A stretch of DNA of 64,000 nt from Squalus acanthias (Eukaryota). The stretch is taken from NCBI GenBank assembly GCA_030390025.1, contig CM059432.1, forward strand, positions 77,192,001-77,256,000, given 5' to 3'. Shown here piece after piece: positions 36,894 through 50,596 of this stretch. The position numbers and the translations under genes are program-made. The notes beneath the pieces are model-generated. The model was not told where the DNA came from and made no database searches. It saw only the letters and a program-made list of their open reading frames with translations. Numbering within the stretch: position 1 is the first letter of the stretch; each line of letters starts with the position of its first letter.

Positions 36894-38000
36894 ATGGGTG
36901 GCCTGTTGGGGCTTCCTCTTGGACTGGGAGAATGAAGGGAGGTCACGCAGAGCAGGACAAGCAGTTAGGAGGAGGAGGACGACGAACAGGGAGGAGGAGG
37001 AGGAGACTCAGCAGGAGGATGTACCCACCAAGAGTCTTCAGGGAGCAATTCTCTGACCTCAGCTTCAGCAAAGACCAATGCACGAGACGTCTTCGCTTCA
37101 CAAGATTTAGCAAATGAAATCTGCCAACTGCTGCAGACACAATTGCAACTTCAAAGCAGGGCAAGGACAGCACTGCCTGTGGCTGTCAAGGTGACCATGG
37201 CTCTTAATGCATCTAGCTCCTTTCAAGCTGCTGCTGGAGATGTAAGCAACATCTTGCAGTTTGCAGTGCACTGCTGCATAAGGGAGGTCACTGAGGCGCT
37301 CTATACACGGAGAGACAACTTCCCCTCTTGCCAGAGACAAGCAGGCAGAGCAAGCACAAGGACTTGCATGGATTGCAGGCTTCCCCCTGGTGCAGGGTGC
37401 CACTGACTACACACAAATTGTCTTATATGCTCCTCATCTGAACTCAGTCATTTTCATCAACCAAAAGGGATTCCACTCTCTCAATGTGCAGTTGGTGTGT
37501 GATCACAGGCAGCACATCATGCAGGTGAATGCCCAGTATCCTGGCAGCAGTCACAATTCTTTCATTCTGGGGCAGTAACTGTTCCACCTGTATTTGACCC
37601 ACCACGACAAGCCAAAGACTGGCTACCGGGCGAGCAGGGTTATCTCCTCATGACAATGGCTCATGACTCCAGCCAGGAACTCACATAGAGCTGACCTACA
37701 GGAGCCATACTACCACAAGGAACATTATAGAGCACGCCATCGGCGTATTCAAGCAAGACTTCCGCTGCCTGGACCGCTCTGGAGGAGCCCGGCAGTACTC
37801 AGCTAAGCGAGTATCAAGATTTGCGGTAGTATGCTGCACAAACTGGCCATTATGGGGGAACAACCCTTGCCCCCGCCTATTAGGCGAGAAGCTGAGGAGC
37901 AGGAAGTGGAGGAAGAGGAAGAAGAAGGCAGGCTGCAACATGAACAGCTCCTACTGCCCGGGTTCTACGTGATCAGATTATTCATGAACGACACCAGTAA
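36894..38000 (+). pseudogene. HARBI1-type transposase pseudogene
   Basis: YPPRVFREQFS, LPVAVKVTMALN, QGATDYTQI, GFHSLNVQLVCDH, YPGSSHNSFIL; frameshifted. Confidence 0.9.
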
Positions 38001-38149
38001 TCTCAACTACATCTCCCCATTCACTAACAGTCCCACACTCCTTATCTTACCTCTATCTCTGACCATCACATCACCCTCTTTATGAAACACAAAAATAAAA
38101 CTACTAGGAAATGCACATTCAAATCCAATTTTATAAATTCTCATTACAT

Positions 38150-40964
38150 AATGCATACAAAATGAAAATCACCCTTCTGCATTCCCTTAGCGCCTGTCTC
38201 TTTGCCTGCCCTAGTGCTCCTACGAGGTGCTTCCCCAGTGGCTGCAGCTTGTGGTGGAAGGCTGCTGACCTTCAATTGAGGAGACTGCAGATGGCCTTTG
38301 AGGACAACCTCGAGCAGCTCTGGGCCTAGAGAGCCCGGCTTCAGACTGCACCATCTCTGCCTGGGCTGCAGCAGTCTGGGCTGATTGGCTGACAAGCAAC
38401 AACAAAGGCACTGGCAAGGGTGGGAGCACGAATTCTGTCACCCTGAGAGGACAGCAGGTTCGTGCTCCATGGAGCCACTGCCACTCTCCTGGGGTGGCAC
38501 CTCAGCAATCCTGTTGATCTGTTGGAGAACAGATTGACGGACTGCTGAGACACCCTGGAAGCCACTTTGAACAGTGGTATCCAAAGCCACAATGGCAGCA
38601 GTCTGAGATTCCACTGCAGCACTCAGACCTTTGATGAAAGCGGTTTGTGCTGCATTGGAAGCTGCAACATCGGTCATCAGGCTCTACATCATGATGGGTT
38701 CCACAGGTGTGTTTGTGCTGCAATTGAAACGGTTTGTGCTGGGACATGGTCATCAGACCCTGCATCATGGTGGGTTCCACAGGTGTGCTGATGGAGATGA
38801 CCACCCGTTCCATGTTGGAAAGGATGGGCTCCAAGCTCTGTGCAAAGCCCTGTGCCAAGTTGGAGCTGGATTCCACCATGCTCCTTGACATTGTGTGCAG
38901 TCTTTCTGGCAGGCTTTCCAGTGCACCAAGCATTTGGTTGTGTACACCCATCGGCCTTCTTCTGTAGCCTGGGCCATCGAAGTCTGCATCTGACTCCTCT
39001 GCAGCAGAACTAGTGTGCAACCTCGCCCTCCAACGAGCTGGCACTTGCACTATCCTGGCTCCTGTACACTTGTGCCTGGTGTCTCAACACGTGCAGATCC
39101 CTCCTCCATGTGCACGGTCAGTCGCTGAGCTGGTGGCTGCGCATGCAAGATCGAGTGACGGTCTCTCTTCATCGTCACTGTCTTCCTCCTCTGACTGGGA
39201 AGATTCCAGTTCTTGGGTATCTGAAATGAAAAAGGGGTAAGGGATAGGGTGTGGTGAGGGGAAGAGCAGAAAATAAGCAGTGTGTGCGGCTTGCGAGTCA
39301 GAAAAGACTGTGGGATGAGGGAGAATGGGAAGAGAGGAGGATTAAGTATGCAGATACCCTCCTCATCAATTGCTTCAGCGCTACCATATGCCATGGCCTC
39401 AGCGATGCCCCTTCACATGATTACATAGTATTTACAACACAGAAACAGGCCATTCAGCCCAACAGGTCTATGCCAGTGTGTATGCTCCACAGGAGCTTCT
39501 TCTCACCCTTCATCTAACCCAATCAACATATCCTTCCATTCCTTTCTCCCTCATGTGCTTATCTAGCTTCCCCTTAAATGTATCTATTCGCCTCAACTAC
39601 TCCCTGTGGTAGCAAATTACACATTCTAACCACTCTCTGGGTAAAGAAATTTCTCTTGAATTCCCTATTGAATTTATTAGTGACAATCTTATATTTATGA
39701 CTCCTAGTTCTGGGCTCCCGCACAAGTGGAAACATCACTATGTCCACCCTATGAAACTCTTTCAGATTAAGATCTCCATCACGTCATGCCTCAGTCTTTT
39801 TTCTTGAGAAAAGCGTCCCAACCTGTTCAATCTTTCCTGATAGTTAGTTCTGGTTTCATTCTAGTAAATCTGTTTTGCACCCTCTCCAGTGCCTCTATAT
39901 CCTTTTTATAATATGGAGACCAGAACTGTTCACAGTGCTCCAAGTGAGGTCTAACCAAGAATCTATCTGTACAAGTTTAACATAACTTCTCTGCTTTTCA
40001 ATTTTATCCCTCCAGAAATGAACCCCAGTGTGTTGTTTGCTTTTTTTAAAAAAAAAGCAGCCCTATTAACCTGCGTCGCTACTTTTAGTGATTTGTGCAT
40101 CTGCATCCCCAGATCCCTCTGCTACGCTACCCCATTTAGACTCTTATTGTCCAAGGAGTACATGGCCTCATTCTTCCTACCAAAATGTACCACCTCGCAC
40201 TTATCTATAATGAAGCGCATTTGCCAATTACATGCCCATTCTGCAAGTTTATTAATGTCTTCCTGTATTTTGTTGCAGTTCCCCTCTGTATTAACTACAC
40301 CACCACCTAATTTGGTGTTGTCCGCAAATTTTAAAATTGTACTTCCGATCGCAAATTTTTCCCCTCCATGGGGGTTAAAATGTGCAGATGTGCTTGTCCT
40401 CCTCCAATTCTTTCCTGCTGCCTCCCGTTATGTGCCACCTTCTCCTGCAAGAAAGAGGGAAATGTGTTAGTGAGTGTCCTGCAATATGTTGTGATGTGGC
40501 GGTCATGGTGAATAGCTGCCAGTGTGTGTCAGCTGTGAATTGTGGGTACGAGGCTTGCCACAATGTCAAGTGTGTGAGGGTGAAATAAATCAAATTACTT
40601 GAAGGGTTGAGTACTAATTGATCGAGATTGGTGGTAGGTAGGTGATGGGGGTGTGGTGAATTGAGAAGTGGATGAGGGTAGTGGTGCAGTTGGTAGTATA
40701 TGCCATTTAAAGATTGAACTCTCGCACCTTGACAACTCGTGTGAGATCATTAAACTTCTTCCTGCACTGCATCCATGTTCTTGGAGCTACATTCCTGGCA
40801 TTGACCTCCGCCGTTATTTCTTCCCACTGCCTCCTGAACATATGTCTGGAGGGCCTCCTGCCCAACCCCCCCGCAGATACAAGACGTCTCACCTCATCTT
40901 GCCCCGAGGCCTCCAGTGCATTGTCTGAAAACCTTTGTGCACGCTCGCTTGCATGTTCAGCCAT
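38150..40964 (-). pseudogene. Harbinger Myb/SANT-like DNA-binding protein pseudogene (3 exons)
   Basis: RAQRFSDNALEA...RRQWEEITAEVNA...RTWMQCRKKFNDL; donor aag|gtgcga, acceptors ttgcag| and tttcag|; long helical Ala/Gln-rich C-terminus. Confidence 0.85.
39425..40350 (-). mobile_element. CR1 LINE 3' fragment inserted in exon 2 of the Myb gene
   Basis: CR1 3' end acatagtatttacaacacagaaacaggccattcagccc; RT C-terminus (KFADNTKLGG) on the minus strand. Confidence 0.85.
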
Positions 40965-43384
40965 TGCTCAAAGTATCAGAGCACAGATTCAGTTTTCAAA
41001 TGACTCCCACCACTTCTTGCAACCACAATGCACTTCCCCTTTAAGAGGTGCAGGCTGCCTTTCAGTCGTGCTAGCCACCGCGATATCAGGGCCCCTGCTG
41101 ATACGTGCGGCCAATGAACAGCATGGGTAGCATGGCTGCATGTAAAACAGCAAGCACGAATTTAACGTGCTGCCTGCAACACAATGAACGGGCGCAGGTT
41201 AATCGCGTCCACCATCCCCACAGCTGTTTTCGGGGGTTATCTAACTTAACCCCCTAGTTGTTTAAGTTCAGCAACAAAAACAAAACAGTTAAAAAATGTA
41301 CAGAAATCGCTCCCTGTAACATTCCCTGCAGGGGCCAATATAAAAATCTTACAGCAAGTGGAGGAGCCTTACAAAAACAGAACATTATTTAAAGAAAAAT
41401 TTGTAATTGGGGATCCATAAGCAATGTAAACCCAAATCTCCACTCTGGCTGTGTAACTGTTGTGGTGGGGGGGGGAGGCAGGAGGTACAAAAATGGGCCT
41501 ATTTCAACCCCAATAGCACTTGTGCATGCTGAGATTATGTGTGTGCTCTGTTTATGAGCCTTCCAAAGGCCCTAAAATGCCTGAGGGAATTATCCCAAAG
41601 GGTTTTGATTTCCTTGCGGAGATGAGCAGCCTTTGGGAGCTGAAGACTTTGCGGTTTCTTTTTCTGTGGGGCCCTTCCCATGCCTCCTCTGCTGCATCAG
41701 AAAGGTATGGAGCCACTAACATTCCGAGCCTCCATAAGGGTGGGCGCTAATGATACGCCCTTATGGCGCCAGGCACATTCAGAACAGGCGAATGGCCCTA
41801 TCCCCATAGCTGAAAGCAGCTGGGAGCTCCACTCTGCCACCGATGCAGCAGGGAACCCAGAATTTCAGGCCGTATGTATTTATTAGATGGCTTACAGTGA
41901 GGAGGTTACTACATTACCATAAACTTTACTTCTGTAGTACTCCAAAATAGCATTTACAGCCCTCGTCAAAACCTATTTTAAATCCAAAGCAGTTTAGAGA
42001 GCCCTCTGGCTTTCAAACAAGTCATAATGTGCTAGCACACAACCTATTTGCATCTCTAAACTATCTGTGTCAACAATTAAGTCACCCTCCACTTTTTCAG
42101 ACTGGTAACAGTGCTACAAACAAGAGTTTGATTTTCATTGCACTATAGTATGCTTGGGCAATGCCTGTGAATACAAGTGAATTGCTCGGAGACAAAGACC
42201 TGGTCCATTATCCAGGACTTCCCTATTGAAGCAGCTGCCTCCACCACATTCACGCTGACAACTTCCAGCAAAACAGATGGTTTGAGTATTCATGACTGGT
42301 TCTGTGGAAGCCCAAGAGTCAACTATTCAAGGGACTTTCTGTCACCGATTTGATAATGAGTCTTTCTACTCTGGTGGAAAGATTAGACCAGATCCTTCAT
42401 CAAAAAATATCTTTATTTTTTTATAAAGAGATCATCCACACAAGCCAAAAGCAGTAATAATACACATGAGCTCAACTGGTCTTGATAAATAACAGCACTT
42501 AAACTATATCCATCCCAATACATTGACAATATTATAATTCTAGCTTTAAAAGTATTTTTTATTTACACCTGTGTATAGGTTGTCCATAAAAGAAAAAAAA
42601 TCAAGTTCTCCTGCACTAAAGAATATAGGATGTTTCTTTTATTTTTATTTAGAAAAGTACAATATTAGTATTAATGCTTGTAATAAATAACTTTCCTCAG
42701 TTTTATGCAATATACAATCAAGAAATCTGAATTGCTAATAAATCATTGTTGCATTTTAGTGTTCCAGTTCAACAATTTAGATTGTCAGAGATACTTGGAA
42801 ATTTCAAAGCATGAGAGAGAAATAAGCACAGCATTTAACAGGCAGAGCTTGCAGCACTATTTATATAACAGTGAAGTATAAACTTGCTCAACTGATTGGC
42901 CCCAAAATGTCCTTGTAATGTTGCAGATAGACAGTGCTCCAATTCCATCAGTTAAATATTAACTTTAAATTATATCGTTAAAAACAACAAGAGGCTATAG
43001 AATAAATTTTGCATGTCCATTCACTGCCAGCAGGTCCTCACAAAGCCGCTTGTTCACATTGGAAAAGCACACAAGCAAAAAATTTAGTCTCACAAATCTT
43101 AATTTTGCTATATTTTGAGGTGAAAGAGAAAAAAAAGTTGGTATTGAACAGAATTTAACCTAGATCTATAGTGATTGATTGCAGATAAAAATTATTTCAT
43201 AAAGGGAAGGGCATGAAAAGATTCTATATCATTTTAAGAGGGATTGTTTAATTGAACCAAAAATACTTTTTATCATGGAATGATACAGCACAGAAGGAGG
43301 CCATTCAGCACATCGTGCCTGTGCTGGCACTTTGGTAGAGCTATCCAATTAGTCCCACTCCCCTGCTCTTTCCCTATAGCCCTG

Positions 43385-43862
43385 TGTAGGAGTAAATTTA
43401 TTATAGGGTTTTAATAAGAAATGTAAAATTAAAGAATGTGCCGTAAGAAGTAAATTCGTAAATAGAAAATGGTTTCGCTGACAGTGCGATGAGTAATGTC
43501 TGTGGTCAACATTGAGGCCCACCAAGGAGGCCACCAAGGCAATAATAGTACAACGATTATACAATCACCGCATGACCGGCTAGACCGAATGGACAAATGT
43601 GAGGCAAACCGCTATGCTTGTAGTTTCGGTAGGGAAGTAACATTTGAACCTAACGTACATATTATAATTAGAAATCTGTTGCTAAGGCTATGTGATTGGA
43701 TGAATAATGTATAAAAGGAATCTCATACCGCTGTAATTTTGAGAAGAAGTAGTCACTAAGCCAAGGGGTTTATGACATCTTCTCCCAAAGATCTTTGAAC
43801 ATTAATAAACTGTTTGCTTGTACCTATGATACAGAATGGAGTGAAATAATTTCTCCACAACA
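43385..43862 (+). mobile_element. Solo LTR, copy 2
   Basis: TG...CA ends; 5-bp TSD ccctg (43380-43384 and 43863-43867); highly similar to 5032-5519. Confidence 0.85.
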
Positions 43863-44089
43863 CCCTGTAAAAAAAATTCCCTTTCAAGTATTTATCCAAT
43901 TCCCTTTTGAAAGTTACTATTGAATCTGCTTCAACCACCCTTGCAGGCAATACTTTCCAGATCACAGCAACTCACGGTGTAAAAAACAATCCTCATATCG
44001 CCACTGGTTCTTTTGTCAATCACCTTAAATCTGTGCCCTCAGGTTACCGACCCTTTTGCCACTGGAAGCAGTTTCTCCTTATTTATCCT

Positions 44090-44712
44090 ACAACAACAAC
44101 AACGTATTTATATACCGTCTTTAACATAGTAAAACGTCCCAAGGAGTATTTCAAGACAAAAAATTTGACACCAAGCCACATAAAGGAGAAATTAGGGCAG
44201 GTGACCAAAAAGCTCAGTTAAAGAGGTAGGTTTTAAGGAGCGTCTTAAAGGAGGAAAGAGAGGTAGCGAGGCAGAGAGGTTTAGGCAGGGAATTCCAGAG
44301 CTTAGGGCCTCGGCAACAGAAGGCACGGCCACCAATGGTTGAGCGATTATAATCAGGGATACTCAAGAGGGCAGAATTAGAACAGCACAGATATCTCGGG
44401 GGGTTGTGGGGCTGAAGGAGATTACAGAGCTAGGAAGGGGTGAGGCCATGGAGGGATTTGAAAACAAGGATGAGAATTTTGAAATCGAGGCGCTGCTTAA
44501 CCGGTAGGTCAGCGAGCACAGGGGAGATGGGCGAGTGGGACTTGGTGCGAATTGGGACACGGGCAGCTGAGTTTTGAATGACCTCAAGTTTACGTAAGGT
44601 GGAATGCGGGAGGCCAGCCAGGAGTGTGTTGGAATAGTCAAGTCTAGAAGGTAACAAAGGCATGGATGAGGGTTTCAGCAGCGGATGAGCTGAGGCAAGG
44701 GCGGAAACGGGC
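44090..44712 (-). mobile_element. L2 LINE 3' fragment nested in CR1
   Basis: (AAC)n tail; SRLDYSNTLLAGLP...IQNSAARV. Confidence 0.9.
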
Positions 44713-47700
44713 AAAACTGTTCATGATTTTGAACACTTCTATCTAATCTCCTCTTAACCTTCTCTGCTCCAAGGAGAACAACCCCAGCTTCTCCAATCTC
44801 TCCGCATAACTGAAGATCCCTCATCCCTGGTACCAGTCTAGCAAATCTCTTCTGCACTCTCTAAAGCCTTGACATCCTTCCTAAAGTCTGGTATCCAGAA
44901 TGGAACACAATGCTACAGCTGAGGCCTAACCAGTGTTTTAAAAAGGCATAGCATAACTTTCTTGCTTTTATACTCTTAAAAAAGCATATGGGAGACTTGG
45001 CTTTATTAACAGTCTTCCCAACTTGTCCTGCCACCTTCAAGGATGTGTGTACATCCCAGGTCTATGTGTTCTTGCACCCCTTTAAAATTGTACCATATTG
45101 CCTCTCCTCATTCTTGCTTACAAATTGCATCACTTCACACTTCTCTGCATTAAATTTCATCTGCATGTGTCTGCCCATTTCACCAGTCTGTCTATGTCCT
45201 CCTGAAGTCTGTTGCCATCCTCCTCATTGTTTACTACATTACCAAGTTTTGTGTCATCTGCAAACTTTGAAATTATACACTGTATACCCAAGTTCAGGTC
45301 ATTAATATATCAAAAAGAGCAGTGGTCCTAACATCAACCCCTGGGGAACACCACTGTATACCTCCCTCCTGTCTGAGGAACAACCGTTCACTACTACTCT
45401 CTGCTTTCTGTCCATTAACCAATTTTGGATCCATGCTGTCCCTTTAATCCCATGGGCTTTAAATTTTGCTAACAAGTCTATTATGTAGTAATTTGTCAAA
45501 CGCCTTTTGAAAGTCGATATTCACATCATCAACTGCACTCCTGGTCAACCCTCTCCATTACTTCATCAAAAGAACTCAAATCAAGTTAGTCAAACACAAT
45601 TTACCTTTAACAAATCCGTGCTAACTTTCATTTATTAGCCCATACTTTTCAAAATGCCAATTAATTTTGTCCCAGATTATTGTCTCCAAGATTTCTCATC
45701 ACCAATGTTAGGCTGACTGGCCTGTAGTTGCTGGGTTTATCCATCTCCCCTTTTTTGAACAGGGGTGTAACATTTGCAATCCTCCAGTCCTCTGGCACCA
45801 CCCCATTGCCAAGGAGATGGAAGATTGTGGCCAGAACCTCCACAATTTCCACCCTTACTTCCCTCAGTAACCTAGGATGCATCCCATCCGGACCGGGTGA
45901 CTTTTCTACTGTGAGGACTGCCAACCTTTTAAGTACCTCTTTATATATTTTTATCCTATCTACTGCCTCCTCCTTTATTGCTACATTGCTGGCAAAGTAC
46001 TCATTAATACCTCAGCCTTCACAAGAAGATCTCCATTTTAGTCCCACCCTTCCTTTGACTACCTTTTCACTATTGTGTGTTTTTAGGTTCCCTTCTACGT
46101 TAGCTGCTAATCTATTCTCATACTCTCTTTGCCCCTCTTATTCCATTATTTAGATCATCTCTTTACTTTCGTATTCAGCTTGGTTCTCTAGTGTATTATG
46201 AACTTTACATTTGTCATAAGCCTCCTTTTTCAGTCTATTTTAACCTCTATATCTTTAGTCATCCAAGGAGCTCCAGCTTTGGATGCCCTTCCATTCACCC
46301 TCATGGGAATGTGTCTATTCTGTATCGGAACCATCTCCTCTTTGAAGGCCATCCATTGATCAATGACTGTTTTGCCTACCAATTTTTGATTCCAATCCAC
46401 CTGGGCCAGATCCCTTTTCAACTCACTGAAGTTAGCCCTCCTGCAGTTAAGTATTTTTACACTTGATTGTTCCTTGTCCTTTTCCATAACTATTCTAAAC
46501 CTGATGATATTATGATCACTGTTCCCCAAATGCTCTCCTACTGAAACATGCTCCACTTCATTCCCCTGAACTAGATCCAGCATGGTTTCCTTCCTCGTTG
46601 GGCTGGAAACATACTGATCAAGAAATTTCTCTTGTACACATTTCAGGAATTCCTCCCCCCCCCCCCCTTTGCCCTTTACACTGTTACTATCCCAATCTAG
46701 ATTACAATAATTGAAGTCCCCCATTATCCCTTCTCTGTAGTTCTGTATTAGCCAAAAACACACCTGTATGTGCATCATCATTAAAGTATCACAAATACTT
46801 GGTGATCTTGTACTGCAGTGATCTTGTAACAATTCTATTTTATGAATGAAAACTCAAATTTCTCTTCTGTCAATGTTCACATTTTTTGTGCCTTGGTGCA
46901 GAAATACTATTTCCTTTATTGCTGCAGAACACTACTCCCATTGTATTAATAAACATGCACTGCATGGGCATTGTGGCATGTTCTTAGCCAGGTTGGATAC
47001 AGAATCTATTCAAATGGCAAGACCACAATTGTCCTATATCATTTTTCTGAATCTCTGAAAATATACATAACCTACCTTGTCGGTTTTCATTTTTCACACA
47101 ACATGCCTCGAACATACGACTTAGGAATGAAGCCTAGCCGTATCGATCCTAGGGAAACTACGGAATAGATCTTAACTTTGGGTATCAAATCATCAGTGAT
47201 AAAGCTCAAGAGGTCCAAACCATTTTCTTTGCTGCCCACGAGTTTTCAGACGTTCATGGGCAGCTCGCCAATGTAAGGGGTGGGAATTCAGGCAGGCCCA
47301 GTGTCATAAAGAGAGAGGCGCTCAGGCTTGATTCCATTCTATAATGTGATCGTGGATCCTAGCTGGAACAGCAGTGGAAAAGCTGCAATTGGACTCTTGA
47401 AAGGGGGAAATAAAATAATTCATCTAGTATTTGTAGTTCTGATCACTACCCAATTACTGCAGTTGAAAAATGCATACGTGAACGCTGGCTGTGATTTTAT
47501 TTTTATCCAATTGTGTTCCAACTCCATACGCTTTGAAAAATACAGACAGAAACAACAACCATTCTTCCTGTGCTTTACAGATTAAACACTGAGGAGGTGT
47601 CGGTCTTTTTTAAAAAAAAGAAATGCAACACCTCCAGAAGCTTTCAGAAGTTGCTGTTGTGTCACATGGCCATGACCATACAAAAGGGGGAATTTTAACT

Positions 47701-48236
47701 GGGAGCGAGATTCAGGTGGGCGGGACAAGCACCAAACATACCCGACATTGGCACCACCAGGCCCCAGGCAATTTAACTCAAGGGCTTCATCTGCAAAGGA
47801 GGGCTCACTGACAAGATGCTAAATCTCGGGGAGAAGGTTCTGCAGGAGGAATTGGGGGAGCTCAGGGCAGGAGAGTCTTTTGCTTCTGCTCCTCCTGGCC
47901 CCACAAGCAAAGTGAAAAAACAAACTTGTCTTATGGTCTCCAATTCCATTCGCTGTCTTCACCGGATGGGAAAGCCACAGCGACTCCCCCCACTCAGGTC
48001 ACAGTTAAAATTGCAGCCAGTGCCCGATGATGTCATCGGAGCCCAATCTGCATATTTAAAGAAGGACCCCACTGACTTCAGGAGGGTGCTTTTGCCACCT
48101 GCTCAAAAGAGCAGGATAAAAATCAGGATCAGCGCGAAGCAGGCAGGAAAGTCACCCAGGGCATTTTAACTGCCCTGCCACAGGGCATTCACTGGGAAGG
48201 TCGAGTTCAAATCAGCGGCAAACAGTTTAGACAGAA

Positions 48237-50596
48237 AGGCCGTGAAATTCGGCCCCTTAGCGCCGGCTGATAAGGCCAATTTGTGAAAAAATGGCAGCCG
48301 CCAGAGAAGGGGGTGGGGAAAGAGAAGGAGGGGGGGGAAAGAGAAAGGGGGGGGTTGGAAAGAGAAGGTGGAGGGGGGGAAAGAGAGTGTGCGCGAGAGG
48401 AACAAAGAGGAAGAGGAGGAAGGGAGGAAGTAGGCAACAGAACCCCATTCTGGACGGGCTGTCCACGAGTGCCTCATCAGACTCCGGTTCCAGTGAATGG
48501 GAACCCCAGATCCCCGCTGTTCACTTCCTCACCTCACTATCCCTCTGTCACAGAACATCAGTGTCCTCTTGGGCACAAAGCTGAAAACCACCACAAATCA
48601 AACATCCAAACATAAATTTATCAATTCCAATACTACACAACGTCAACTAATCACACTTGTGCATTCCCTTAGTGTCTGTCTAGAAGGTCCAGCAGTTGAC
48701 TGCACCAACTCGGCATGGGCAGTTTGGATGTCAGGTAGGGCACTGCCAGAGTGGCAGTGGTGAGAGTAGGAATGCTGTCATCCTGAGAGAGGACAGCAGG
48801 TTCTTGCTCCACGGAGCCACTGCCCCGGGGCGGCGCCTCAGCATTCCTAGCAATCTGTTGGAGCACAGATTGCTGGACTGCTGCGAGACCCTGCAAGCCC
48901 CTTTCCACACTCGTAAACCCAGCGATGATGGCAGCGGTCTGAGCTTGCGTGGCAGCAAGCAGAGACTGCAGGAGAGCAATCTGAGCTTCCACTGCAGCAC
49001 TGAGACGTTGGGTCGCTTCCGCCTGTGCTGCAATGGAAGCCGCGACATCGCCCATCACACCCAGCACCATGGTTGGGTCCAGAAGTTCTCTAATGGAGTT
49101 GCCCATCATTTCCATCCTGGAAATTATGTGTCCCAAGCTCCGCACAAAACCCTGTGCAATGTTGGAGCTGGACTCCTCCATGCTCCTTGACATGGATAAG
49201 AGGCTCTCTGGCAGGAACCAAGCATTTGTGTGTGCATGCCCAGCACCCTTCTTCTAAAGGCCACCCATCGAGGTCATCATCAGAGTCCTGTGCAGCGTAA
49301 CTCGTGCGCGAACTCACCCTCTGGGAGCTGGCCCCTGAGCTACCCTTTCCCCCTGGCCTGGCTGCAACCTACTCATGCCCGGTGATTCACCATGGGCAGA
49401 TCCCGCCTCTATACTACCCTCTAAAGTCCACGCAGTGTCATTTTCTGAGCTGATGTCTGGAAGTGTTAGATCGAGTGACTGTGCCTCTTCTCCTTCACTC
49501 TCCTCCGCCATAACTTCAGGGACAAGCTGGGCTGGTGGGACTTCTTGGGTATCTAAAAGGAGAAAGGCACAAGGGTTGGGTTGTGGTGAGGGGCGACCGG
49601 GGCGGGGGAAGCAAGATGTGCACCCTTACACCATCAGTAGTTTGTAAGTGAGAAGAGATTGCTGGATGAGGGGGAAGTGGGATATGAGAAGGAGGGTTAG
49701 GTATGAGCAAACCATCATCAGCAATGCTTTCAACTTCGCCGCTCGCCATGGCCTCAGTGAAGGCCTCTCCAATTATCTCCAGCACATTGTCCTCCAGCTC
49801 CGTGAGGTTGTAAAGTCAGGCTTCCCCTCAGTCTGTCTGCTGCTCACGGCAGTTATGAGCCACCTCTGCCTGCAAGAGAAAGGGAAGTGTGTCCGAGTGT
49901 GGTGCAATGTGTTTGGGTGATGTGCCTGCTATGGTTGAATAGCTGGCAGTGTGTGCAAGGTGTGAGATGTGGGTGCGAGTCTTGCAGCAGTGGTAAGTGT
50001 GTGAGGGTGAGGTGCAGCTATGATTGTGAGGTATGAGTGGTGATTGCGAGAGATTGCTGGTAGGTGAGTGATGGGGGTGTGGTGCATTGAGCAGTGTGCA
50101 AAGCTAGTAGTACAGCTGGTGGGATATGACATTTGAAGATGCATTCACTCAGCGTGACCACTTGTGTGAGGTCATTAAACTTCTTGCGGCACTGGATCCA
50201 GGTCCTGGGGACAACACTCATGGCACTGACAGCTTGTGCTATTTCCTCCTACTGGCGTGCTGCCTGGAAGGCCTCCTGTGGGTAGAGGACCTGATGTTGT
50301 CTGTGAACCCCCAGGAGCAAGGCCTCCAGTGCCGCATCAGAAAACCTCCTCACCCTCTCACTTTTTTGTTGGGTCATGACTTTATCCAGACTGACAATGA
50401 GGCGCTTGTGCAACAAAGCTTCCCCTTTAAGTAGGCCAAATTTTAATCGGCCAGTAGACTGCACCCGATATTGGCCCCCATTTAGTGCTGAGATCAGCGC
50501 TCCAATCATCACGAATTTTGCATGCTGCCTGCACCACTTTGAACAGGCGCATTGCGATCATCGCGCCTGTTTTAGGCTTTATCCAATTTCACCCCC
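48237..50596 (-). mobile_element. Harbinger derivative C: Myb/SANT gene retained (48660-50377), transposase almost entirely deleted
   Basis: RVRRFSDAALEALL...PRTWIQCRKKFNDLTQVV; exons 2-3 homologous to element B (MSRSMEESSSNIAQGF); right end ccaatttcaccccc. Confidence 0.8.

Larger units (their letters stand above)
36018..41254. mobile_element. Decayed autonomous-type PIF/Harbinger transposon B
   Basis: Transposase on + (36894-38000) and three-exon Myb/SANT gene on - (38150-40964); right end ...ttaaccccc; contains SINE and CR1 insertions. Confidence 0.85.
43273..46735 (-). mobile_element. CR1 LINE (APE end through RT to 3' UTR), decayed, hosting a solo LTR and an L2
   Basis: IMGDFNY...FLDQYVSSPTR...LDL...LGNSDH; KSPGPDGMHPRLL; NYRPVSLT; SGVPQGLMLGPLLFLIY. 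Confidence 0.92.

Noticed and set aside
33340..38000. Host HARBI1 gene
   Set aside because: Both copies have frameshifts or stops and are paired with Myb genes inside transposon ends; they are transposon relics, so no gene symbol is given.
5032..43862. A single 39-kb provirus bounded by two LTRs
   Set aside because: Each LTR has its own TSD and sits inside a different LINE whose sequence resumes on the other side.
48283..48477. Gly/Glu/Arg-rich and Pro/Ser/Leu-rich ORFs
   Set aside because: Products of a low-complexity purine tract.
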